A stretch of DNA of 64,000 nucleotides, taken from Planctomycetota bacterium. Lineage in GTDB: Bacteria > Planctomycetota > Planctomycetia > Pirellulales > Pirellulaceae. A program made the translations under genes and the position numbers. The notes beneath the pieces are model-generated. The model did not search any database. It was not told the DNA's origin and was given only the letters and a program-made list of their open reading frames with translations. Below, in pieces: positions 19,722 to 29,626 of the stretch (within the stretch, counting starts at the first letter, position 1; each line of letters opens with the position of its first letter). The stretch spans positions 1,329 to 65,328 of the forward strand of contig QWPJ01000140.1 of assembly GCA_003671195.1 (NCBI GenBank). The letters are read 5' to 3'.

Positions 19722-20658
19722 GACCGTCTGCTCCACGACGAGGTAAATACCGTATGCATAAGCCCACGAGAATCATCAACCCACCGACCCAAGTCCACCA
19801 ACTCGGAGCCCGATAGTCCGCATCCCCATGACGCACCAAATGCACCCAAACCGGCAATAACACCGGCTCTAAGAGTGTAATCAAACTCGCGATGTGACTC
19901 GGGGTCGTTCGCAAGCCCTGCGCAAAAAGCCAATAAGGTAGCCCCATCTGCAAGACCCCTATCCCAACCAAGAGCGGCCACATCCATCCAGAGGGATATG
20001 CCACTCCAAAACTCCAAACCAACGGAAACATCACCAAAGCAGTCACCAGATGGTTCAAGGCGATGAGCCAAGCCGAATCCAAATGCCTCAACGACCGCAA
20101 CGACAATATCACACCCGCATAAAGCACACCACTGGCTAAAGCCAACCAAGGCGACCACCACCGATCCGATGGACTCGCATGCGCATAGCTCATCTCCATG
20201 ACCAAAAGAAACAATACCCCTGCTGTGCACCAACCCAACATCCACCAATCGCTTCGCAACGTCGGCTCGCGAAACCAATAAACCGTCGCTAACATCACCC
20301 AAACCGGCGCTAGATTCTGTAGCCAAATCGCATTGGCCGGCGGTCCGCTGACCAACGCGGTCAAATAGGTCCAATTCATCATCGCAAAACAGACCGTCAT
20401 GGGCAACAACCGCCAAACCCATGTCACCCGGCGCACCAACGGTACCAAGATACATAGGGCAAAGACCGCTCGCCAAAAGGCTAAGGTCGCCCCGCGATAC
20501 TCCAAGGGCCATCGATCAAACTCCGGCGATCTGGCAAAAAAAGCGCTCGTGCTCCATAGCACCGCCGCCATCACGCATAAGAAAGGCCCCCAGCCAAAAC
20601 CACCAAGCCGATCAGGAAACTCTGGCGTATCGCCCAATACTCGATCCGGTGGTTTCAT
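19714..20658 (-). CDS. EamA/DMT family transporter
   Basis: ~10 TM; AAVLWST, LQNLAP, ASLITLLEPV. Confidence 0.88.
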   Translation of the reverse strand: MKPPDRVLGDTPEFPDRLGGFGWGPFLCVMAAVLWSTSAFFARSPEFDRWPLEYRGATLAFWRAVFALCILVPLVRRVTWVWRLLPMTVCFAMMNWTYLTALVSGPPANAIWLQNLAPVWVMLATVYWFREPTLRSDWWMLGWCTAGVLFLLVMEMSYAHASPSDRWWSPWLALASGVLYAGVILSLRSLRHLDSAWLIALNHLVTALVMFPLVWSFGVAYPSGWMWPLLVGIGVLQMGLPYWLFAQGLRTTPSHIASLITLLEPVLLPVWVHLVRHGDADYRAPSWWTWVGGLMILVGLCIRYLPRRGADGHE

Positions 20659-20694
20659 ACAAAGTTAGCCGTCCAAAGTGCCCTTAGGCAGAAC

Positions 20695-21729
20695 TTAGGT
20701 TTCATCCACCCGTCGCGCAATACGCAGCTTAGCAGATCGACTCCGAGGATTCGCATCGGTCTCGGCTTGCGTGGCTACCAACGGTTTTTTTGTCAAATTC
20801 TCTAACCTCGAATCGTCGCGTATCGCATTTTTGACCATCCGATCCTCGAGCGAATGAAAGGAGATAACCGCCAACCTACCGGCCGGCTCAACCCCGCTCG
20901 CCTCGGCCGACGGGGGCTCCAAGCCGGGAGCCGCAAGCACCCCTGGTAGTCTGGCCAATCCAGCCTCGACATGCTCAAGCTCCCGATTGACCACGATCCG
21001 CAACGCCTGAAACGTGCGCGTCGCCGAGTCGACCCGGCCATGCACCCGACCGGGTACCACGCGATGAATCAAATCCGCAAGCTGCTTGCTGGTCATGATC
21101 GGTTCGCCTCGATTCTGCTCGACAATCGCCCTGGCGATCCTCCGACTCAATCGCTCCTCACCAAACTGATAGATCGCATCGGCAATCTCCGTATCGCTGT
21201 GCTGCTGCAACCACTTCCAAGCCGGTATTCCCGACGTCATGTCGAAACGCAAATCCAAGGGAGCATCGAGCCGAAACGAAAAACCACGCTGCGTGTCGGC
21301 TAACTGATCGCTCGATAATCCAAGATCCAACAAAATCCCATGCACCCGGGGAATCCCAAGCCCTTCGAGCAAATCCCCTAAATTGCAGTAAGAGCCACAT
21401 GCCAACGTCAAGCGACATCCCGAAGGAAGCTCGAGGTCCTCTAGCCCCCATCGACCCCGATCCCCAAGATCCAAAACACCACCGACTGAAATTCGACGGT
21501 ACTGACCGTGCGCAGTTATAAAATCGCGAATCGCTCCAGGATCGCGGTCGATCCCAAGAATCCGATCCCCCGAGCCAAGCCGCTTGGCGATCTCGAGCGT
21601 ATGCCCACCACCCCCAAATGTTCCATCGACAATCACCAATGGAGCTCGGCCTGGAATCTCAGGACTCAATCCCCCAAGCCACTCGCGGAGAATCGGTTCG
21701 AGAAGTACTGGGATGTGGATCGAAGGCAT
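20695..21729 (-). CDS. rsmH: 16S rRNA (cytosine1402-N4)-methyltransferase
   Basis: HIPVLL, DGTFGGGGH, DLGLSSDQL, RGFSF, ATRTFQALRIVVN, ISFHSLEDR, NPRSRSAKLR. Confidence 0.97.
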   Translation of the reverse strand: MPSIHIPVLLEPILREWLGGLSPEIPGRAPLVIVDGTFGGGGHTLEIAKRLGSGDRILGIDRDPGAIRDFITAHGQYRRISVGGVLDLGDRGRWGLEDLELPSGCRLTLACGSYCNLGDLLEGLGIPRVHGILLDLGLSSDQLADTQRGFSFRLDAPLDLRFDMTSGIPAWKWLQQHSDTEIADAIYQFGEERLSRRIARAIVEQNRGEPIMTSKQLADLIHRVVPGRVHGRVDSATRTFQALRIVVNRELEHVEAGLARLPGVLAAPGLEPPSAEASGVEPAGRLAVISFHSLEDRMVKNAIRDDSRLENLTKKPLVATQAETDANPRSRSAKLRIARRVDET

Positions 21730-21734
21730 AAAAG

Positions 21735-22030
21735 AAAAAAAAGGCCGGTCGGGGAAGATGCACTGGGTTTCAAGGTCCCGGTGGCATCAATTCCACCGCT
21801 CCCTCCATCGCAGCATGCACTCTGATATTCCATTCAACGCGCCGTGCTGGTAAACCGAACCGATAAAGTTCGATCCTCTTCGAGCGTGCGTGATAAGCAC
21901 TTCTCGGGCAACCCCCTCTGCTCAGGAAGTTGACGCTCTGAGCCCGTGGCCGCGAGACTCAGTTGCTACCCAAAAAAAAGCCTCTCACATCGCTTCGATG
22001 GTCCAAGCATCCTACATCCCGACCGGCTGA
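21735..22030 (-). ncRNA. Candidate structured RNA / leader upstream of rsmH
   Basis: 5' GCCGGTCGGGATGTAGGATGCTTGG pairs with 3' CCCAGTGCATCTTCCCCGACCGGC, followed by U8. Confidence 0.4.
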
Positions 22031-22248
22031 GGTTCGAGCTGTAGTCTGTCCCTTTACAATAACCGAAAGGGGGGCAGATTGACTACCTATTTTTCCCGAA
22101 TTCTCTCCCCGCAACCCCCAAAAACCTGAGCGATTTGCTAGCATTTTTATTGATAAATCGACCCTCGCCCTATTCGGCCGTCGGACGCTAAACTCCCTAA
22201 CCAATGACCCGATATGGACTTAAGCTACATCGGATCGAAAGCCTGATC

Positions 22249-23166
22249 ATGGCCATTACAGCATTAAACTTACTACTTTTAATCTTGGGCGCTGCCGGAT
22301 TGCTCCTGACCTGGCTGCTGCTCCGACCCGGGAAGTACTCCCCCTGGGAACGCATTCTCTACGGGCCGATCTACTTGATGGCCCGCTATCTCTGGAAAGC
22401 CGAAATCTTCCGACAAGATCCAGCGACCGGAAAATGGAATCCCTCGCCATGCCTGATCGCCGATGCGTCCGACTTGCTCGAGCCAAACTCAGTAAACCCA
22501 AACCCCTACTTCGGAACCTGCAAGCATCGTGGCGCTGTGGTTGTGGCCAACCACCGCTCTTCGGTCGACCCATGCTTTATCCAACTGGCCGCTGGCGATC
22601 GTGTCCACTGGATGGTCGCAGGCGAGTACTTTAAAGTCCCTCTGGTCGGTCAACTGCTTCGATCCTTCCAATGCATCCCAACCAACCGGGGGGGAATCGA
22701 CACCGCGTCGACCAAACGCGCCATCGAGATGACCAAACAAGGTCGCTTTGTGGGTATGTTTCCCGAAGGACGCATCAATCGTACGGATCAGGATTGGATG
22801 TCGGTCCGCCCCGGAGCGGCGCTCGTGGCCCTGCGCGGACGCGTACCTTTGATACCCATCTGGATCCAAGGCGCTCGGATGGGCAAGTCGGTCGTTAGCC
22901 CTCTTTTTATGCCCACCTCGGTCAAGGTCTTCCTGGGTAACCCTGACTATTGGGGGCTCGAACAGCTCGAACTCCAAGACGGACGATCGGATCGCCAAAT
23001 CGCCGACCAATGGATCCAACGCGTCCTGAACGACTGCGTGCAAAACGCTTGCGGCCGTTGCAATTCGATCGAACTGGCCGGCTCGAACTGGCTCAATGCC
23101 ACGGAATCTCCAACGGATATTCCAAACTCTCCGACCGATACGACCGACTCGCAAGATCCGACCTAA
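22249..23166 (+). CDS. Lysophospholipid (1-acyl-sn-glycerol-3-phosphate) acyltransferase family
   Basis: ANHRSSVD (NHxxxxD), MFPEGR, PLIPIWI. Confidence 0.92.
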   Translation: MAITALNLLLLILGAAGLLLTWLLLRPGKYSPWERILYGPIYLMARYLWKAEIFRQDPATGKWNPSPCLIADASDLLEPNSVNPNPYFGTCKHRGAVVVANHRSSVDPCFIQLAAGDRVHWMVAGEYFKVPLVGQLLRSFQCIPTNRGGIDTASTKRAIEMTKQGRFVGMFPEGRINRTDQDWMSVRPGAALVALRGRVPLIPIWIQGARMGKSVVSPLFMPTSVKVFLGNPDYWGLEQLELQDGRSDRQIADQWIQRVLNDCVQNACGRCNSIELAGSNWLNATESPTDIPNSPTDTTDSQDPT

Positions 23167-23188
23167 TGAGAAGCTCGAAACGCTTCGT

Positions 23189-24055
23189 TTAATCCTCGAG
23201 CGTCCAGTCCTCCTGGCCGTTTCTTGTGATCATCGCCGCCAAGACACTCGGCTTGCAATGATTCGACACAAAGAGCGTTCGGCCACAAGCAAACAAAACC
23301 ATCGCACCGTTGCGGTGGTGGGATCGGATCTCGTTGTCCATAGCCCAAGCCCTCGGATCGTTGATCCCACCGGACTGCTCGAAAATGTTGCTCCCGTTGA
23401 TCCACTCGCCATCCGGACCACCCGTGTCCTCGGCTACCGCCGCAGTGAACGTCAGACCATCGCGTATGTCCCGAAATTTGAACGGCTGGTTGTAGACAAA
23501 TACACCGTTGTCGGTGTTGATACGCGTGGTAATCCGCTGTCCGTAAAGCCCACCATAATCGGTCTTGCCCGATTTACCCTCAACCGTCGGAACGCTCGGA
23601 CAGACATAGGTCGCCACGTTGGTCTTGCGTGCAGCAGCGTTGATCGGATGGTCGAAAGGATGGTCGAAATCGACCAACGAATGGACGTTCTGAGCTTCCA
23701 TATAAGGCAAAATCAGCGCCGACCACGCATAGTTCTTGAGAAAACGCGGCCCATTGAATGGACGCCACTGCATGCACCCAGGTGGCAACGTCCGAAGCAC
23801 CGAATGGTAGTTGTGAAGGGCTAAACCTACCTGACGAAGGTTGTTCTGGCATTGCGCCTGACGGGCCATCTCGCGGGCACTTTGCACCGCAGGCAACAGA
23901 AGCGCAGCCAAAATGCCCATGATCGATACGACGACCAACAACTCAACGAGCGTCACACCCCAAGGCCTGGATCGTCGGTTCACCCGAAAGTTCGCCGGGA
24001 GGGTCGCCGGGAGGTTCGCCGGGAGGTTCGCCCGTACTGAAATTCTAAATCCCAT
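23189..24055 (-). CDS. DUF1559 prepilin-type (PulG-like) protein
   Basis: GVTLVELLVVVSIMGILAALLLPAVQSAREMAR..C.NNLRQ; HRNGAMVLFACG C-terminus. Confidence 0.93.
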   Translation of the reverse strand: MGFRISVRANLPANLPATLPANFRVNRRSRPWGVTLVELLVVVSIMGILAALLLPAVQSAREMARQAQCQNNLRQVGLALHNYHSVLRTLPPGCMQWRPFNGPRFLKNYAWSALILPYMEAQNVHSLVDFDHPFDHPINAAARKTNVATYVCPSVPTVEGKSGKTDYGGLYGQRITTRINTDNGVFVYNQPFKFRDIRDGLTFTAAVAEDTGGPDGEWINGSNIFEQSGGINDPRAWAMDNEIRSHHRNGAMVLFACGRTLFVSNHCKPSVLAAMITRNGQEDWTLED

Positions 24056-24222
24056 TCCAATCACAACACCCCATCGCTCAACGGCATCGACTCGCCGAAG
24101 ATCTATCGTTGCGCCAACAGGTGCAACATAGTCTCCGAAACACCGACGTCCCGATAAGGTATCGTAATTCGCTCAAACCGGCCAGATCCACCAAGGAATC
24201 TAAAACCGACTAGGGACTAGCC

Positions 24223-24444
24223 TTAAATCACCCCGCCATGGGTCCTGTATGGACTCATGTGGTCAGGCTGATCGAGAAACCAAAAACGTTCCCACTCCTG
24301 AACCATCGCCCTGAGATTTTCCGAAGTGAAAATCAGCTGCTCGGCTCGTCGGCCAGGCAGCGCGGAGTAAATCGGTATGGCACATCCGACCATCGGTACG
24401 GTCGCCATCGTCACCAACAAGCACATTAGTATTCGACGTCGCAT
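24223..24444 (-). CDS. Small putative lipoprotein
   Basis: Signal peptide with MVGC lipobox; SENLR..EWERFWFLDQP..RTHGGVI; GGAG upstream. Confidence 0.75.
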   Translation of the reverse strand: MRRRILMCLLVTMATVPMVGCAIPIYSALPGRRAEQLIFTSENLRAMVQEWERFWFLDQPDHMSPYRTHGGVI

Positions 24445-24466
24445 CGGTTCTCACTCCGTGAACAAG

Positions 24467-24874
24467 CTATCCTTGTGTTCCTGACTCCGATTCCCCCAGG
24501 CTCTCGTCGACCATAGACCCCTCCTCATCCTCCGACACAACCTCCAGTTGCCCAGATGCTACCGCGTCGCGAATGGCTTGGGCAAGCGGTGTGGTGCCTA
24601 TGGCATTGACCCGCTCCTCCATGACCTTCCCAGGCTTGAAGCTCACCACGAACTTTTCGGGGACTTCTACCTGCCTGCCCGTCCGCGGATTTCGTGCCTT
24701 CCTGGCCGCCCTCGGACGCACCTGGAAAACTCCAAAATTCCGCAACTCGATCCGGCCCTCTTCCACCAACGTTTGAACAATCGAGTCGAACGTCTTCTGG
24801 ACGACTTGCTTGATCTGCTGCTGATTGAGTCCCGTCTCATCGGAAATCGTTTTCACGATCTCTTTCTTTGTCAC
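24467..24874 (-). CDS. HU/IHF family DNA-binding protein
   Basis: [30 protein letters not shown]; acidic C-terminal tail. Confidence 0.95.
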   Translation of the reverse strand: MTKKEIVKTISDETGLNQQQIKQVVQKTFDSIVQTLVEEGRIELRNFGVFQVRPRAARKARNPRTGRQVEVPEKFVVSFKPGKVMEERVNAIGTTPLAQAIRDAVASGQLEVVSEDEEGSMVDESLGESESGTQG

Positions 24875-25226
24875 AACAGAATTCCCCGCGCTTCAAGGCA
24901 CCCTAAGTCTTTTACTAGTTAGACTTTAATGCCGAAAAGTCTAGGTCGCGATTCCGTAGCCGTCAAGGTATTCCCAAACGGGATCAACCCTGCCGACCGG
25001 ACAATCCAGACGATCGTTATGGCTCTTTTCGGCGATACAACCCGCAAATCTTCACTCCGAAACCAAAACCTATCCCCTTTTTTCCCCCTCCGGAAAAAAA
25101 CATAAGTTTTACTGTTCAAGCGATCCTGTCCCCTTCTGGCCTGGAGTCCGACCCGAGGGTTTTGATATGACTCTCTCCTAGCTTCCCCCCAATCGTACCC
25201 CATTTCATTCGATTCCCCAGGTGCGT

Positions 25227-25955
25227 ATGTTGCCCTACCAGCCTCGGCTTGCATCCCAAGGAACCCTTTCGGGAATCCTCGTCCTTGCACTCCTCTCGCA
25301 AGGCTGCATCGATGGCCCATTCTTCCAACTCAAAAAACTCAACCCCTACATCCAAAACCAATGGAAACAAGACCGCGAGAAAGTCGTGGTCTTCTCCGAA
25401 CGTATCGAGGAGCTTCGCCTCCTACGCACCCAATTCGCCACGATGGAACCGCAAGAACAAAACGATTGGATCTCCAAACTGGGCCAAATGCTCAAAAGCG
25501 AAACGAGCCCCGAAATCCGACGCGAAACGGTCCTGACTCTCGATCCAGTCAAACAAAATCCCCAAGCCCTTGAAATCCTGACCCCACTTGCCAACGACAA
25601 GAACGAAAAAGTTCGCATGGCCCTCGTTTCGACCCTTCGAAATACCCAAGCCGAATCCTCAACCAATACGCTCATCGCCATGGCCTCCTCCGATCCGAGC
25701 AACAACGTCAAACTCTCCGCCACGCGAGCCCTCGGAAGCCACAACTCCGATGCGATCAAACCATTCCTCGGAGCCAAACTCGAGGATCGGAATATCGCTA
25801 TGCGATTCCAAGCCTCCCAAGCTCTCGGGGAACTGACCGGCAAACGTTACGGTGGCGATATCGATGCCTGGCGACAGTACCTGGCCGGTCAAGATGTCCC
25901 CGAACCCGAACTCTCTCTGGCCGAAACCCTCGAGTCGATGCTCCTTCTTCGATAA
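25227..25955 (+). CDS. HEAT-repeat lipoprotein
   Basis: LSQGC lipobox; repeated D...VR..A..AL units. Confidence 0.8.
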   Translation: MLPYQPRLASQGTLSGILVLALLSQGCIDGPFFQLKKLNPYIQNQWKQDREKVVVFSERIEELRLLRTQFATMEPQEQNDWISKLGQMLKSETSPEIRRETVLTLDPVKQNPQALEILTPLANDKNEKVRMALVSTLRNTQAESSTNTLIAMASSDPSNNVKLSATRALGSHNSDAIKPFLGAKLEDRNIAMRFQASQALGELTGKRYGGDIDAWRQYLAGQDVPEPELSLAETLESMLLLR

Positions 25956-26018
25956 TCCCCCACCCATCCTTGGCCCACACCCAGCCACATCGTAAAATCC
26001 GTTAAAAGGATCTTACCG

Positions 26019-27059
26019 ATGCTATCGACCCGGCCCTGGCGTTCAGAATCCCAAGCGGTCCTCTATACCGACCGACTCGACCAACTCTCGTCGACTGCCA
26101 AACTCGATCCCCAAGCCGTGCTGCTCTCGGCGCACTGGTGCCTTCTGTGGGACCGACAAATCTGCATCGAACTCGTCGGAGATTCCCAAGACCAACTCGA
26201 AGTCGCTGCGCTGCAGACCCGCTCGCTCAACGCCGAACCGCCCGGAAAAACTCCCTTCTGGGAACACCCCACCCTGGTCGCTCAAACCCTCGAACGCTTC
26301 GAGTCCCTCCACCCCCTAACCGAGAACCCCAACCAAACCCGAAAAGCCTTCGCCAATCTCCTTTTGGAAATCATCAAGCAGGAAACCCAAGCATGCTTGG
26401 CCGACTCCCTTCATCTCGGTCGCGACGGGTTTCTCTCCCAAGCGGCCGAGCTAGCCGATCCCGAGTCGCTGTTCCTGACACTCGATGGTAAAAAAGTCGA
26501 TTCCAACATCCAAACTCGCTACTGGGGACACTGGTTCCCCGGTCTGTCCAATGACGATCGCAAAGTCTCCGACGCTATCGCGGATCTCCCGGGCGCGATC
26601 GATGCAGAGATCCCAGAAGTCGTCCAACGCTTGGAAAACCCATCGAGCCCTGTTGCGCTCCCCGGGGCTGTGACGCTCGGCCGCCACGACGTCCTGCACA
26701 TCCTCCTGGGCCGTGGACTGCTCGACCAAGACGAAGCGTTCGTCATCGGCTTTACCATGGGCAATGCAACCCGCTACCGCGATGACGATGGCCTCCTGAT
26801 GCGCCAAGCTCTAGCCCATTGGTACCCGGAACCCTTCCGTATCTGTGGCTCCAAACTCCAAGTCTTCGACCTAGGAATCCAAGCCGGAAAAGCCATGGGA
26901 ATCCCCGACATCGCTCAGATCCCAATCGAAAACCTCGGTGGCTGGACCCTGGGGCACGCGCGCCGAGAACTTCAAATCTCCACCGACCTGCTGCGAAGCT
27001 TCTACCACCAGGAAAAACAATCGATCCGAAACTCGCTCGAAAGCGGCAGACTCCCCTGA
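26019..27059 (+). CDS. Hypothetical protein with a Coq4-like HDxxH-x11-E motif
   Basis: LPGAVTLGRHDVLHILLGRGLLDQDEAFVIGFTMG. Confidence 0.75.
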   Translation: MLSTRPWRSESQAVLYTDRLDQLSSTAKLDPQAVLLSAHWCLLWDRQICIELVGDSQDQLEVAALQTRSLNAEPPGKTPFWEHPTLVAQTLERFESLHPLTENPNQTRKAFANLLLEIIKQETQACLADSLHLGRDGFLSQAAELADPESLFLTLDGKKVDSNIQTRYWGHWFPGLSNDDRKVSDAIADLPGAIDAEIPEVVQRLENPSSPVALPGAVTLGRHDVLHILLGRGLLDQDEAFVIGFTMGNATRYRDDDGLLMRQALAHWYPEPFRICGSKLQVFDLGIQAGKAMGIPDIAQIPIENLGGWTLGHARRELQISTDLLRSFYHQEKQSIRNSLESGRLP

Positions 27060-27066
27060 TAAAACG

Positions 27067-27237
27067 CCGAATTAGGCCCCCCCGGATCAGGCCCGAATGG
27101 CGTTGAATTAAAAGCGGAACGGCGCAAGCCGTCCGGTGAAAAACATCGCGATATCGAGGACATTCCATCACTCACTGGAGTACTTGCGCACTTCCGCTTA
27201 CACTAATTCAACGCCCCCCGAATTAGCCCCCCGGATC
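27067..27237. repeat. REPIN/MITE-like element with ~41-bp inverted arms and flanking ~20-bp direct repeat
   Basis: Arms at 27099-27139 and 27172-27215; direct repeat CCGAATTAG(G)CCCCCCGGATC at 27067-27088 and 27218-27237. Confidence 0.7.
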
Positions 27238-28224
27238 GCCCGGCCTTGAGCCCAAACCAGGAATCCAAGTCCCCTCATCGAGGTTGCTCGTGAGAATCTC
27301 AACCTCTCCATCCCTGGGCCCGGGCAAGATCGCCAGAAAACCGACCTCAGGTCGAGCGGCACAAAACTCCAAGGCCCCCTGGCCTCCCATGACATACAAT
27401 CCCGTCGCCAACGCGTCTGCCCAAGCCGCGTAAGGATGCAGCACCGTGATGCTCAAAGCCCCCTTCGCAGGCCTGCCCGTCCTCGGGTCGATGATGTGGC
27501 CATACCGCTGACCCTTAAAATAAAAGAACTGGTTGGCCGGTCCACTCGTTCCCAAAGCCCGATCCCTGAGGACCAACGTACCGAGAATCCGCTCGGATTG
27601 CTCCGGATGACGTACCGCAATCTTCCATCCCGATTCGGAACCTTCAAGCAACTGCTTGCCATAAGCGCTTATGCTGCTCTTGCCACCATGGATCGCAAAA
27701 TCCTCGACACCCCGATTCCGCAACATCGATACCGCCTGATCAATCGCATACCCCTTGCCGATCCCCCCAGGATTAACAGCCACAGGCCCGGAAAACCTCA
27801 CCCGTCGCCCCTGGCGATCCATTTCGATTTGTTCCGATCCAACCTCCGAAAGCAAATCGGCAATCTCCTGCTCACCGGGTAGACGCCCCCGACGACTCGA
27901 AAACCCCCAGGCCTCCGATAGCTTGGCCGCCGTCATATCGAAACAACCCGCCGTTTGCTGGTGGATCTGTATCCCTAACTCGAGCATCTCCAAGGCCGGC
28001 AACGAGACGTCAACCCAAGCCTCATGGCCCCTGGCATTCAATCGGCTCAGGTCGCTCGTAGGGATATAGATGCTCAAGAGACGCTCGAGCCATTCGATCA
28101 ACTCCAATGCCTCGACGGCGACCTCCGGACCATGCTCGGGACGCTCGGGATGAAGCAGCACGTCGAATTGACATGCCATGGCTCTGCGAGTGAACTCCAA
28201 CCATATCGGTTCGCGACGATGCAT
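27223..28224 (-). CDS. apbE: FAD:protein FMN transferase
   Basis: AMAC.F, SDLSRLN, T.G.FD, GGIGKGYAID, TSG, YGHIIDPRTG, ADALAT. Confidence 0.93.
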   Translation of the reverse strand: MHRREPIWLEFTRRAMACQFDVLLHPERPEHGPEVAVEALELIEWLERLLSIYIPTSDLSRLNARGHEAWVDVSLPALEMLELGIQIHQQTAGCFDMTAAKLSEAWGFSSRRGRLPGEQEIADLLSEVGSEQIEMDRQGRRVRFSGPVAVNPGGIGKGYAIDQAVSMLRNRGVEDFAIHGGKSSISAYGKQLLEGSESGWKIAVRHPEQSERILGTLVLRDRALGTSGPANQFFYFKGQRYGHIIDPRTGRPAKGALSITVLHPYAAWADALATGLYVMGGQGALEFCAARPEVGFLAILPGPRDGEVEILTSNLDEGTWIPGLGSRPGDPGG

Positions 28225-28235
28225 CGACTCTCTGC

Positions 28236-29534
28236 CTAACGATTCGAACGGTTCGAGTTCCCAGGGCGGCGACTGCGTTCTCTTAACACCCTACGAATCT
28301 CCTTGGGATCCAACAAATCGATTTCATCCTGCGTTTCTCGACGCTGCCGCTCGTAGATCTCCAACAACCGCGATGTGCTGTTGACCCCCTCGGGAATCAT
28401 CCATGTCGAAATCACGAGCAACTGATCGCTCTGGTCGATCGATTCGAGCAATCGCCTTGGAAACAAGGAGAGCCGACCAGCTAAATCGCTGATCAACGCA
28501 TCCTGATTGTCGAGCCTAAAGCCCTCTTCGACAGGCCTCGCAGAGTTCAAGGTCATCAACGCGGATTTGACGTCCGTTTCGCGTCGCAAAAAGGGCATAT
28601 TGGACATGATCGCTGGGAGCAACATGGTCTTGCTCCACTCGTCGAGGACCTCAGCATCGGTCCCTTGAAGGTCCGCTGCATAGAGTATTGCTGCGCGAAA
28701 CGATAACTGCTCCTGAATAAACCGGATCCTCGGGGCCGCCTTGAGCTCCTCCAAAAGCCGACGCTTGCTCGTGGGCATCGTGTCGAGCACCACACCGACC
28801 ATGCGGGCCGCCAAATTCAAATCCTCGGCGTTGGACTGTAAATCGATTTGCTCCTGGACAGCCTCGAGTCGCTCTCGTACCTCGGGCGGATACTTGCCCA
28901 CCAATTCGCGCGCTCCGTCCAACTTGGCCATCTGAATCGAATTGAGACTCCTTACCCAACTCCGCCGCTCATCGTACGACCTTGGTACCATCGGAATCAA
29001 AACATCTCGAAAATGCTGCTGCAAGTACTCCATCAACTCCCGATCCCTGGCCAGCTCCTCGATCACCGCGATCTCCCCAGCATCGTAGAGCCCAGGCATG
29101 TTCGAAGCCAAATCCAAACGCCCTAACTCCCGTCGCCCCTGAAGTCGCGATGCGGTCACCCCAAGCCCAACACCGATCGCCAGGGCAAGGGCCAGAGGGA
29201 CCCACGCATAAGGCATCGAAAACCATCGCTCAAAACGCTTCCAAATCGAAAACGGCCCCCCAAGGCTCTCGGGGGATATCGCCGCCGAGACCCCCGAACG
29301 CTTCACATCGGCCACGACCATCTCGATCGTCGTCTGCGTGAAACTTTTGCTGTGGGACACCTCTGGCAACTCGTCGAGCAAATCGTAAGCCTTCCGAAGT
29401 TCGGCAAGCCGCATCCGAAGCGACTCTTGACCTACGAGCCTTCCCTCAAGCGCAGCAGAATCCTCGGCCGTTAACTCTCCATCAAGATAGGCAGTCAACT
29501 CCTCATCGATCGCGTCCGTATCCCGGTCGCTCAT
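28236..29534 (-). CDS. Anti-sigma factor (membrane-anchored)
   Basis: EELTAYLDGEL N-terminal anti-sigma domain, one TM helix, directly downstream of an ECF sigma gene. Confidence 0.8.
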   Translation of the reverse strand: MSDRDTDAIDEELTAYLDGELTAEDSAALEGRLVGQESLRMRLAELRKAYDLLDELPEVSHSKSFTQTTIEMVVADVKRSGVSAAISPESLGGPFSIWKRFERWFSMPYAWVPLALALAIGVGLGVTASRLQGRRELGRLDLASNMPGLYDAGEIAVIEELARDRELMEYLQQHFRDVLIPMVPRSYDERRSWVRSLNSIQMAKLDGARELVGKYPPEVRERLEAVQEQIDLQSNAEDLNLAARMVGVVLDTMPTSKRRLLEELKAAPRIRFIQEQLSFRAAILYAADLQGTDAEVLDEWSKTMLLPAIMSNMPFLRRETDVKSALMTLNSARPVEEGFRLDNQDALISDLAGRLSLFPRRLLESIDQSDQLLVISTWMIPEGVNSTSRLLEIYERQRRETQDEIDLLDPKEIRRVLRERSRRPGNSNRSNR

Positions 29535-29626
29535 ACTCTTTTCCCGAAACCTTCCCCGCTCAAACGGTTGCTCGCTTCCATTTCCTTACAAAGTCTTTGC
29601 ATCCCCCAGGTCCGCCGTCGCTCAGG

